A stretch of 62,153 nt of DNA, counting the filler, from Choristocarpus tenellus KU-1152 (Eukaryota; Protista; Phaeophyceae), in NCBI GenBank assembly GCA_964200185.2. It is 10 parts of 10 records of this genome, joined end to end, with 100 filler letters (N's around TTAATTAATTAA, not from the genome) between each part and the next. Parts side by side here need not be neighbours in the genome. Positions count along the whole stretch, not along the records: positions 49,743 to 56,372 come from CAXNAD020007709.1; positions 56,473 to 59,232 come from CAXNAD020024980.1; positions 59,333 to 62,153 come from CAXNAD020024459.1; 7 more parts are not named here. The stretch is one strand, 5' to 3'. Position 1 is the stretch's first letter, and each line of letters opens with the position of its first letter. The position numbers were made by a program, and so were the translations under genes. Below the pieces are notes generated by a model, which was given only the letters and a program-made list of their open reading frames with translations, was not told where the DNA came from and ran no database searches. Of the stretch, positions 50,860 to 62,153 are shown piece after piece.

Positions 50860-51772
50860 ACCGCTGGATCAGACTCAAGCTTGCATCGTGGCCAAAGGTA
50901 TGGAGAATGGAGTTTGTTTGCAATTAAGTGGACTGGAAACATGGTGTGTACGCCTCCCATGGTGAACACGATCCGTATATGGGTGAAACCTGTTTTTACG
51001 TGATGGCTGATGGGGAAAGGGTTAGGGTGTTTCCGCATCAGGATGATGGCCACCTTCCAGGCCCCCTACTGTGCAGCACAAGAGCCATATCCCCAAAACT
51101 ATGATCATTGCAGTCAACGCCCAGATTCGGCTCACAGCTTTGATGGAAAGCTTGGTGTTTGGCGTGTGTGTGCGGCATAAAAGGAAGACAGGACAAGCAA
51201 GAACCATAAAGAGGGGTGATGTGTATGAGCAGGACTGTACTTTAGACCATTATTTGTGGTACAGGAAGTGGTACACGGAGGAGTTACTTCCTGCAATTTA
51301 GACCAAGATGCCTTGGTTGCAGGGGAAGCACGTTGTTGTTCAGCAAGATGGTGCCACCCCTCACACGGGCAAGGGCATCTCAGAAATCTTGTCAGGGGCG
51401 GGGAAGACTAAGGGGTGGTCGATTAGGCTTGTGACACAGCCATCTTACTCCCCTGATCTCAATATCATGGACCTGTGCTTCTTCAGGTCTTTGAAATGCC
51501 GGGTGATGGGGGAGTGGTTTGGGTCCGTTGAGGAGATAGTGAAGGTCATTAAGAAACAGTATGAGGAGAATGATGAAAGCACACTTGAGAGGACTTGGCA
51601 GCTTCTTTTTGTGGTGTACAATCAAGTACTTAGATACAAAGTGGGGAATGAATTCAGTGTGGAGCACACAGGGGTAAGGAAGAGGCAGTTGTCTGGTGAG
51701 CTTGAAAATACTCCGAAGGTAGACATGGAGGCTTTTTCTGTGGGTGATAAAATTGTGATGGATGGGGAGTAA
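50860..51772 (+). mobile_element. Plant/oomycete-type mariner transposase pseudogene, copy 2 (catalytic spacing D40D)
   Basis: Motifs VQHKSHIPKTMIIAV, WYTEELLPAI*TKMPW, VVQQDGATPHTG and QPSYSPDLNIMDLCFFRSLK. In-frame stop at 51299-51301, and the first Asp motif is degenerate. Confidence 0.88.
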
Positions 51773-52044
51773 TAATAATAAAAAGTGCTGACTCTAATGA
51801 GAAATTCGTCAAGGATTCCAAATCTTCTTTCAGAAATGAATTTCATCAAAATCTTCAAAATTTATGGACAACACAGCAGAGACGTACGGCATGGAGGTAG
51901 TGTAACAATGTTGAACAGTATTTTTCCTCTCACATATATATATATATATATATATATTATACTTTTGGTTTATTCACACCCTGATATCTACAACTATTTG
52001 TAGTATGCACTGTAACGGAATGGTGGTGACCTCTCTGTTGTCAG

Positions 52045-55000
52045 TGCTGTAGGGGATGGCAACGAGGAGGAGAGGGTGGTGGAGTACGCTAGGAAGTCCC
52101 TCGATGCCTTAGGTGTGAAGTTCGGTCCCACACACACAGGTAAGAAGATGATTAGAATTATTCCAATTGTTTAAAGAATGATTGATTGATTGCCTTTGTA
52201 CTCAACTCCAGAAGTACAAAATAGAATAATAGTAGTGATAATAACTGTGATAATAGAAAGAGATAGAATAGTAGTAGTAATAGTAATAATTTTTAAATCG
52301 TAAAATATAGAATAATTGTTGTAATAATAGTAAAAATAGAACAGTAGTAGTACTAATAATGATTTTTAAATGGTAGTAAAAATAGGACAATTGTAGTAAA
52401 ATATTAAAATTGTGATAAACAATTAGCAAATACGTACGAGAAATTCAGGCGCGAAAAAAATATTCTCCGAAGAAGTTGTTAATTGGTCCATGAATTTTGT
52501 CATTTTATTCTTTGATGTGAATTCTTCTTTCTTTTTAACTTGAAGGTAATATTTTTCCTCGTGTTTGATTTTTTTTATAATATGGAAAAACAATTGAGTT
52601 TTTGTATTTGGTTTGTTTATTTTGTCGCCCTGTCCCCTTTTTCATCTTTGTTTTTGTTCTTTATTTCCGGGGAGATTTATTGTTCTTTTGAAACTCCCAT
52701 CGGGGAATTCTCTCATACAACGGCTATCATGTTCTTGCTCAAAAGCTCGTGTATATACACTTTGGGTACATGGTATGTACGTGTTGAAATATATGTGTGC
52801 TTAGGATCATTATCAAAGTGCAAAGAGCCTTGACTGTCTCCATTTGCATATTGTGTGTCTATATATTGCACCTCAACATATACAGATAGATATGTATACC
52901 AGAAGACTATGTCGTCTCTGTCACATGTGTATACATGTATTTCAGGGTGCATTGTAATATTCGTGTATGTATGCATGTATGTATGTATGTATGCATGTAT
53001 GTATGTATGTATATATGTTTGCATCTATGTATGTATATATGTATGTGTGTATGTATGTATGTATGTATGTTCAAGCATAAGCATGTAAGACAGGCGTTCA
53101 GTTAAGATGTAGTATAATGTGCATGTAAAATTGAACTTAGTAGGATGTATGTATTTTCATGTGTGGTAACTGTGAAGTAACATTTTATGTATGTGTGAAT
53201 GTACATATGTATGTATATATGTATGAATTTATGTATGTATGTATCCGCTAGAAGTGTACTCCGTACTTTCTTGAACCTGGTGTGAAGTCCTGTCCTCCGT
53301 ACTTCTTAAAACCGTTCCCGGAGTACTGCACCCTGTACTTCTTAATACCTGGTCCTCATGTGTATGTACTTGAATATTCTCGGTAAAGTTCAGGTCTGCA
53401 GTTTCCGATTCAATGATTAAGGTAGTCTCTTGCTTTTCTTCGCTGCATGTAGAGTTATAGCATGTAGAGTTTAAGAAGTACAGATAACAACAGAAGTTGA
53501 GACAAGCTTATAGAGTACAGAGAACTGTAGTTCATGTACCCGACTGAGTAGAGAGTAAGCATCACGGAGTAGATTGCCTGAGCAGAGGTGTAGTGCTCTA
53601 GGGAACCAAACCCCAAATCAGGAAAAACCGTGGACCCTATTTTGTTTCAACTTAGGATGGCAGGCATGTGAAAAATCGATAGAATATTCAAATATATATG
53701 AGGACCTTGATCTCGGCTACCTAAGACATTTCTGGTTACCTAAGCGGTCTTGGCTACCTAATGCTACAGAGGTCAGGAAGTATGGAATACGGTACTTGAG
53801 CAGAGGGTTGATACGTGTGGAGTGCTGACTGTGGTTCAGAAGAGATGAAGTTGTGTGGAATGGCCTATCTTTTTTTATAGTAGAAATCGAGGAGTTAAAT
53901 TTAGTGGAGTACTTTTGTGGGGGTGTTGAAAAGCATGGGAATACAGTACTCTGCTGCAGAGTATAGGATGGGAGGTTAAAAAACAATTACTCAGTACATC
54001 ACCTCAGTAGAGACTAACTTAAGAAAGTACCAAGTACAACAGTAGCGCTTCAGTAAAGGTCAAGAAGTACTGCTAATAGTACTGCAATCATGGTTCAGAA
54101 GTATAGTATGGGAGGTTAAGAATTGCAAAGTTTTGCTTATGAGCTACAGAGTACTGCTTATGAGCTACAGAGTACTGCCTAAGAGCTACAGAGTACTGCT
54201 TAAGAACTACTCAGAGTACAAAGTACAGTACCTTGGTGAAGTTAACACTTGCCACTACTACACACGACAATGTACTAGAGCAGGGACTATCAACTACAGA
54301 GCACTATTTTTGAGAAGATTTGAGAGAGCATCAGGGTACCAAATAATTATAATATTAATAATAATTATAATAATAATTGTTTTTTTTGCCAACAGCGAAG
54401 TGGTATATGACAAACTGAAAAAAAAATAACAATGACAATACCGAGCATTTGGTATATACCGCTATCAGTATACAAATCGATGGTATAGCTTAAAACGTCC
54501 AATGATTTCTCAATGTCTGATTGGTGGGAGTCTCCGATTTGATCTCAAAATCATTGTTCCGAATATTTTTTTGTCTGTTTCTTGGTGCTATGGGCAGGAA
54601 GGCGTTTGTGATAAACCAGCCCCTCGCCTGCACCACCTTGTAACCTCTTACACTCTTTGGACTTCCTCGTGTCAGCAGCACAGTTGAATAGTTTGTGATG
54701 TTCACTACCACCTTGAACAGTCTGTGGGGCAGGGGCAGCCTAGTAGTGCACAAGATGGTTTCAGATTTCTGGCTGAGTTTTTCCCAACACATTACCACCC
54801 GAATGTGCCCTCCTCAGTACTACTCGGAATATGTAACTGTCCATGACAAGACCGTCACAGGGGACCTTAAAACTCAATGCCATCCCCCATGTCAGGTGGT
54901 ACGACTCTGTCCAAAACCTGTCTACTCCTTCCCCTTCCCCCCATATCCCCATGCCATTCCATTTTTATTTTTTTATTGTTTGCCAATTGCGTTGCAGAGG

Positions 55001-56372
55001 TGATGCTCACTGAGGATAGAGGACCAATGCTGGTGGAAGTTAACTCTCGATGGCACCTCACTGACTTTGCACCACTAACCTTGGCTTGCATCGGCTATGA
55101 AGCTCTCTCTGAGGTACATACGTATGTATTTATATATGTCTTGTGTATGCGGATGAATGTATGTGTATGTGGTGTATGTATTTATTTACGTTCTTGTATT
55201 ATGCATGTAATAATAGTAATAATAATATTGACATTGAAAGATCTGGACAGGTACGGTCTCTACTCGAAACAGATGATTGTCAGGTGGATATCTTCACACC
55301 ATAGGTTGTCAACCTTTTTTTTGTTTGTTCAGTCACAGACCAAGCCCTCGTCTGCCCATCTGTCAGTGACGTAGCTCACCCTCTCAACATCTACTTCTCC
55401 TACCCTTTTTTCTTCAGGATTTTGTTGCCCTGATGACTGCTCATTCGTTCGAATAATTGTTCCACTAGTTTCTTGCACAATTGTTCTGTTTTTTTCAAAC
55501 AAAACATGAACAGCAATAATGTGAACATAACCAGCAAACCGACGCAAGGGGTGATTAAGGATGTGACCGATGAGAGTCCTTGCCCGCTAGTAAAACCTCT
55601 ACGTGTAAAAAGCTAGTAGATGAAAATCTGCTAGATATTTCCACAAGTTGGTATGTAGACATGAAATTCGTATGTTCCACGTAACTATCTATTCCTGGAT
55701 GATGATTGATGATGGTGATGATTGATTGATGATGATTGATGACTATGATGATGATGATGATTATGCCACAAGAGCATTTTTTTCCTTTTGATGGTGCACT
55801 TCTTAAAGCACCTGTTTTAAGAACAGTCCGCAGGGGGAACCCGGCTAAAATACTAAGTAACCAACAGCAGTGAAAAGTATTTCTTTTTTTCTTTTTTTTG
55901 AAACTCCCAATTCTCCTAACCTTCGTTCTACAATTCGAAACCTTTTTTTTTTTTTTGAAATAGTATAAAATATGTATCGACCTCATCTACTCTCCCTTTC
56001 TGTTACTCTTGCACTCTTTTATTTTTTTCTGGGGTAAACGTGGCGTGGACATGCCAGACGATCTCTGCCTACGTGGACCCAGAACGGTTTGGTTCCCTTC
56101 CCTCAGAACCCAGACAACTGATCAGGCATGGCCGGGTCGTGCACCTGGTTTGTTCTGTTGAGGGTACCCTTGTCAAGGTGCAGCATATGGACGAACTGCA
56201 GTCAATGGAGAGCTTCGCAGGCATTGACGTCTACCCGGGTTTCTCAACCCCTGGGGGGCATGTGGAACCGACGATTGATATCCGATCTGATGCAGGGTGG
56301 GTCAGGTTGGTTCATGAGTCGGAAGAAGTTGTAGAAAAGGACTACCAACGGACAGTGGACCTTATGCCCACA
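52045..56372 (+). CDS. ATP-grasp domain protein (L-amino-acid ligase/carnosine synthase-like), C-terminal exons, partial
   Basis: Phase-compatible exons 52045-52139, 54998-55113 and 56058-56372 read YARKSLDALGVKFGPTHT|EVMLTEDRGPMLVEVNSRWH...|TISAYVDPERF...PTIDIRSDAGWVRLVH, containing the ATP-grasp HTE...EVNxR motif. Truncated by the spacer. Confidence 0.88.
52965..53070. repeat. (TATG)n microsatellite, intronic
   Basis: Visible TATG runs, with another at 60819-60890. Other simple repeats are (TA)n ~9345-9377, (GT)n ~23615-23641 and (TAC)n ~49966-50000. Confidence 0.9.
54134..54210. repeat. 21-bp tandem repeat, ~3.5 copies
   Basis: TGCTTATGAGCTACAGAGTAC repeated at 54134, 54155 and 54176, with a partial copy at 54197. 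Confidence 0.9.
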
Positions 56373-56472
56373 NNNNNNNNNNNNNNNNNNNNNNNNNNNN
56401 NNNNNNNNNNNNNNNNTTAATTAATTAANNNNNNNNNNNNNNNNNNNNNNNNNNNNNNNNNNNNNNNNNNNN

Positions 56473-59164
56473 GGGTTCTCTACATCCAGCTGGTCTGGGG
56501 GTATTAAGAGGCAGTCCGTGCTACTTGGATGGTCGGGTTGTGGGTGTCGTCGATGCTTGCCACTCCCCTAGGGCTGACAGGGGTACACTGTTATCACGAG
56601 ATCTGGGTGTCACAGGTCGAACAAAAGGTATCCGCGGTGAGTGTAGAGCTGGTCGAAAGCCTTCCCCTTCTCTAAATCACAGTATGCTCTTGTGCTGCCT
56701 ACAGAGTGCTGCTCCTAGAACCATCTCATAAGGTAGGTCTTCCACAACTCCTAAATGTCACATCGTGGACTCTATCCTCTGGGGGAAACAATATTGGCAG
56801 TATGCCGGACCCCAATACCTGCATTGGTGGAATAATGCATCCTTTCGGATTTTCTGCTTGCAACGTAACTTTACCTGCTTGGTTAAGGTGTGGTAGGTCA
56901 TCGCTATCTCCCCAGAGAGTAGTGCTGAGCCAAAAAGCAGACGAAATGTAATTCCCACCTCCTGCACCTGTGTCAAGGAGTATATGTACAGGCATTCTCG
57001 AGCTGACTTTGCGAGGATGCCATAGCAGTGCAGATATCCATACTTGACTAGTTCGTTGGGCAGGTGACATAGCGAATATTGTTGAGGTGGGTATGGGGGT
57101 CATGCTTCCTATGACTACAGTGGCTAAGTTCCTGCGCACCTTCAAGGTAACTCGGACGCTTCGGAATCGGTCGGGCTGCTTGCAAATACTGGCGGAAATT
57201 CAAAGTCCTACATTGCAGCGAGGTAATTCAGATGGGATTCTGTCAAGGCTACCATCGTGCGTGACTCGTTCGCTGGGGTAGTACTCTGCTTATCTTGGGA
57301 CAGATATGCGAAGTAGCCCTTAGGAGTCGTCGTGAGTATACCTGCCCCTGTGGTTGATAGACTTGAAGCAGTCGCGACCGAAGGCGTGGTGGAAGCAAAC
57401 TCGATATGCCTTTAGCCATGAAACAACCTCATCTTGGGAAGTAGATGGTGAAGGTAAATCCTTACGCGAATGGTGTCGACCTGTATCGCTCGCTCTGTCT
57501 GTGACTAAAGAAGATGTGGATCATGGCACAGACTGGGGGGGGGTGTTACTGGTCGAACAATGTGGATGCATTACTCTTAGGAACGAACGGGGTCCCAAGT
57601 TTCCCAGGAACAGAAGCAGGTTGGTTTGTCAAGGCAACACAGACAGTGGGCATGGGGGTTTTGGGACAAAACATGTTGGATCATCTGCGCGAGGGCCGCC
57701 AGCATACTGTTGACCACCTCTTGGTGTGGATGTGAGTTCTGGCTTGGTACCTCTCGTGGCAAGGATGCCCTGCTATGATGGGGCAGTCCTAGTTCCTATC
57801 TGCTGATCGGAGTTTCAACTGGGGTAGACAAAGGGTTGGACATGCTTGCAAACATAGCACGAGCATCAGTCATGATACCTAAAAGGAGTGGGTCTCTTAT
57901 CCTTGTACGACGCAGATTTTCCAGGATTTGGATTGGTTGGGACAAATGCGTACAGATCGCTTCGATTGGACAATTCCTTGATTAGATCGTCAAAGATCGG
58001 TTCTGCTTTAATTCCCTGTTGTACCATTTCGTGTCCCAAAAAGGATTATTCTGAGAAATTGCCAGTGTGCGAATTCGACTCCGAATTTCTTTGCGGAATG
58101 AAAATGCTGTCGACTGTACTCCAATCTGATCTAGAACATTGGGAAGGGGAATAGGAAGAGGTCGTTCACATAGATCAATGAGTTGGACTTGACTATATAC
58201 CTCAAAAAAAAAGTTGTCTCGCAGACATGGGGCATCCGCGAATCTACGGTGTATGCTCGATAGTGTAAAACAAACGGTTGGCTGCAGCTTTCCACGATTC
58301 CCCTCTCTCTGTCCTTAAAGAACTCATTGCATTCTTTACTGCGTTTTTCGATCGGCTGTACAAAGGAGTACATTCTCTCACCAGAATACGAACCCACTCA
58401 CCTACTACTTGACTCTTTCTGTGCGCCCCCCCCCCATTCCCTTCAATCAAGTCAACCTCAGCTACCGTACAGTACAGTAGTAGTCAAGTCTCCTCACCAG
58501 AAACAGCCGAAATGATGGACTTCCGACAAACAAGAATATAATTAACTCGTTTCAAACAAATCACAACTAAATGGTCGCAATCAACCCCTCATCACAATAA
58601 AAACGAGGCCACGAGGCCACGAGGCAGTACAGGAGAAGGAAAGGGCGCTGGATTGCAAACGTACTACTATGGATACGTACTACTACTCTACCATCATGCC
58701 CGGCACGAAGCTTGTTCGTCAAAACAGAGATTTCAGCCTCAGCCCCGTCCTAACGAATCACTCCTTTGCACCAGTAAACGTTCTCCTCGTGCGCAGATCA
58801 GACAGCCGATGCAAATGGTGTTCACAATAGTAATAGAGGTAGTAGTAGTAGTGTCGCAACATCACTCGGAAGAAAAGCGTTCACAATACCAAAAGAGTCA
58901 CCTACAGTAAGTCGTCATCAACAACAAGGAAAGAGTCCCCTACAGTTGGGACCCCAGTTGTGCAGGCAGAGAGTAGTAGTAAAGCATATGTGCAGTAGTA
59001 GTAGTAGTGTTGGTGGTAGCATTATAGCAATAGAAGTATCTCCTACGCTTCAGCAATACGGCAATCAACGCTTTATTACTACTTGTCACCAACCAAGACT
59101 CTTAACACTTGAGAAGGGAGAATATTACTATGATAGTATCACAGGGTCCCTCCTATATGTTACA
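56473..59164 (-). mobile_element. Ty3/Gypsy-like LTR retrotransposon 5' half (LTR, PBS, decayed gag, aspartic protease)
   Basis: Retropepsin motif HILLDTGAGGGNYIS in ORF 56726-57145. A putative LTR starts TGTAAC at 59164 (minus) and a PBS-like TGGTGAGGAG starts at 58499. The gag region is full of stops. Confidence 0.72.
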
Positions 59165-59463
59165 GGCGATATGTCTTGATGGCGGTTTCATAAACACCAT
59201 TATGACCTTGAAGTTCTAGATTTGATATATTTNNNNNNNNNNNNNNNNNNNNNNNNNNNNNNNNNNNNNNNNNNNNTTAATTAATTAANNNNNNNNNNNN
59301 NNNNNNNNNNNNNNNNNNNNNNNNNNNNNNNNCCGAGTCAATGATCGCCCCCTTTTTTCCTTGCACAGCTGCAGTTCCTCATCCTCTTCTACCCCCCCCT
59401 TCCCTGCCCCCCAATATCATGGTCACTGTTGTCGTGCACTGACTTGACCGTCTCATATCATAG

Positions 59464-62153
59464 GAATTGAGAAAGCAGAAGTGTCATGTGTGTGGCCGGA
59501 AGCAAGGAGCCCAGGTGAAGTGTGCTCATGAGGGCTGTACCACTCACGTCCACCCTCTCTGTGCGGCGCATTCCAACATGTACTCAAGGCAACTGTGTGC
59601 GCATGAAGAGGGTGATGCCTCTACATTGCAGTTCGAAATATTCTGCTCGGAACACATCCCACGCGGCTTGTTCTGCCTTTCGAGGTCAGTCTGTTGGTTC
59701 CACCTGCCTACTGCAACCGCACTTTTTAAGGTTCAAACTGTGAAGAGGTTCTCGGGGTTGTGTGGGTTGGTACAAAATTGTGCCGTTTTGTGGGCGTCGT
59801 TATCAGTTATCAGCCAAAAATGTTGTTGTTTTTGTTGCCTCATCATTACGATCCTTGTTTGTACTGCTGAGAGGGGCGAGGGGCCCGAGAGTAGGGGGAT
59901 TGTTCCAGTGATATGCAGAAGGGCTTCTTGTGGCGCCACCGTGGTCAGATTTTGGTCCTTGTCTGAGTCGATGTGATGGGTATGGATGTCTTTGGTGTCC
60001 CCCGCAGGGCAGGTTTGGGTCTGAATCAGAGTTCATTGCACGGATCCCAGGTCCATGTCTGAGTTGTGCAGGTTGGGGAATTGTGTTAGTTCATTAGCTT
60101 TTAGGAATGTTGAGTTTTTTGCTGTTTTTTTTTGTGAGGTTAGTGGAATATTACTCTTTTTTTTCAATTTTGTGGATTCTTTTTTGAGGTTGTACACTAG
60201 TGATCTCTGCTACAGGGTCCTGTTGGTGTCCTGGTCTTGTGTCTTGGTCATGCCGTTGGGTGTGAGTAAGGTTTCACTTTTGCTTGGCCCATTGGTGAAG
60301 GTGTAAGTCTTCTCCACCTGTACCTGTCCTGTACAAGCACGTGAAATTAACTGCAAAAAGGCTTGGTTTTGATTGTTTGACAACTATTCAAGTGCTTATT
60401 AATATCGATGGAGTAAAAGCTCTTTGGGCAATCTATGTAGTATTGCTTGAAGTGGTGTTGATGCTTTTGAATGAGTTGATAGTGCTTCCGAGGGCTTCTT
60501 TTCCCTTAGACTCCTCCCACAGTTATGTCGATGCGTTTCCAGCAATAAATAGTAATGGAATAGCATGGATCCGTATTTTTTAGTGTAATCTATCTCTGCA
60601 CGAGGTTTTATTGGAAGATTTCAAAAGGTTTGTGAAGTTTCAGAGGTCATATTTGATTACTATTACAAACATATACTTGAACTGTTCTGCAGGTTGATAA
60701 CCCCACAACCCATCCTCCAAACTAGTCAGTTCCCTTCATCCCCTCTTCCAGCACTATGTCCCTGCTTTTTTGTGTCCTCCTCTATGACCGCGTTTATCTG
60801 TGCAGATCCTACCTACCTATGTATGTATGTATGTATGTATGTATGTATGTATGTATGTATGTATGTATGTATGTATGTATGTATGTATGTATTATTATAT
60901 ATATGCCACCTCTGATTGATGACATTTGTGTTCAATTCCTGACCGTGATTACTCTTGAGTCTCTGTTGAATAGCACCTTTGCTCGTCTTCTGTGTCAACT
61001 CCACCCCCCATATATAAATTTTGTAGATTGCATTCACCATACCAAAAAATACGACAATTCTTGTTTTTGCTTGTAGTGGCCACTGGATTGACTTCCATGC
61101 TGCTCAACGGCTGAGGAGAGACCTGGACCGGGCAAGAACTGTGTGTGACCTTGTCACCAAGCGAGAGAAGGTGAGTGAACTACTGCAGCATGCTGAGACG
61201 GATGCGTTGAAGTCGTTTTGTTTTGAGAATTGGAACATGTTGTGTAAATTCAGAGTCAACTCTCTGAGAAAAGATTCACCTCCTTCGGTCGTTTTTTGGT
61301 GGGTGTGTCTTTGACTTGGTGTTGGTGTCTCCAAGTACAATTGTGCTTGATCTGTGTTCACTTTGGAGGATTGTGCGCTCTGAACTGGAAAAAAAAGTAG
61401 TTGAGGGCACTGCTTCAAGTGCTGGGTACAGCTAGGGGTACACACGAAAATATATCTGTTAGAGGGCAGGCAATGCCCTGACCCCAAGTACTTGTGGCTA
61501 GTTATTGATGGTTGTGTGTCTGGGATGGCAAATCCTGTCGTGGCCATGATCCCAAGACAGCCTGGGGATGAGCGTCATTTAAAGAGTGTAAATAGAGTTT
61601 CTTGCCTTGAAAAAGCCTCAGGTTTTCAGTTGCATATCCACTATTCATGTTCATTTGGTTGGTTTGAGGAGGGTAATGTTCAATGTGCACTGCAGAGTTT
61701 GCCCACTTTTTCTGATTTTTTTCTGATTTTTTCTAAAAATAAAATTATATAATTGTTTGCTAAAAGAATCCTCTCGCTATTCAACCTGATTTGTTCGGCA
61801 GCTTGTACCCGTAGCACCCAATAGTTCAGCCATTCTGTGTGATGATACTGATGTCTTGACCTTCCTTTTGTAATTGATTTTCTGGATCAGAGTTCATGAC
61901 GTTCCCCCCTCCCCTCCACCTCATTTTCTCCTCTGTTACGGGTTGGTTGATTGGCGAATTGCTATTGCTTTCAGAGAAAGCGGACCCTATGGAAAGGTGC
62001 TTGTGAGGAGTACGATGTTTGCATTCAGCTCCTCAAGTTGCGGGTGCCTTCAAGGATGGAGACTTTGGTGAGGTACATGGCAGAGGATGCTGCAGAAGCG
62101 GGGATTGAGAGTAGAGAGGGGGGGGGGCATGGGGGAAGCTCTGGCACCCACTG
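59464..62153 (+). CDS. BRPF/JADE (peregrin/NTO1)-like chromatin protein with an extended PHD finger, internal exons, partial
   Basis: Exons 59464-59684, 61077-61170 and 61975-62153+ are phase-compatible. They encode an ePHD CHVC...GAQVKCAHEGCTTHVHPLCA...IFCSEH, then LRRDLDRARTVCDLVTKREK|RKR, matching the BRPF/JADE LRxDLERARxxxxLxxKREK coiled segment. Confidence 0.85.

Noticed and set aside
52202-53088. Tyr/Ile-rich and YVCM-repeat ORFs (also 60694-61076)
   Set aside because: Translations of AT-rich or (TATG)n intronic simple repeats.

Overview
This is eukaryotic nuclear DNA from a draft assembly. It is intron-rich, with GT-AG introns and interstitial TTAGGG repeats. The gene and repeat content is most consistent with a stramenopile, probably a brown alga, but that is inference. 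The window is not one locus: about 10 contigs are joined by nine artificial 100-nt spacers (N44-TTAATTAATTAA-N44), so adjacency across spacers should not be trusted. Host genes reconstructed by hand are an 8-exon TPR protein with a mitochondrial-like presequence (7981-11902, minus), head-to-head with CCDC25 (12102-15463, plus), the last exon of ARP4/ACTL6, three exons of an ATP-grasp ligase, and three exons of a BRPF/JADE-like ePHD protein. The rest is mostly decayed mobile DNA: a CRE-like non-LTR retrotransposon, Copia and Gypsy remnants, a complete non-autonomous LTR element, two plant-type mariner transposase pseudogenes and a LINE 3' end. There are also two related MITE families with 4-bp TSDs, and one of them has Sola-like GAG...CTC termini. 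The most unusual stretch is contig 24405-30585. It holds an intronless decayed DUF262 (GmrS-like) gene, a ~170-bp inverted repeat pair about 4 kb apart and a 78-bp x ~14 tandem array, and is a candidate endogenised viral or mobile island. No CRISPR array, rRNA or intact tRNA was seen.
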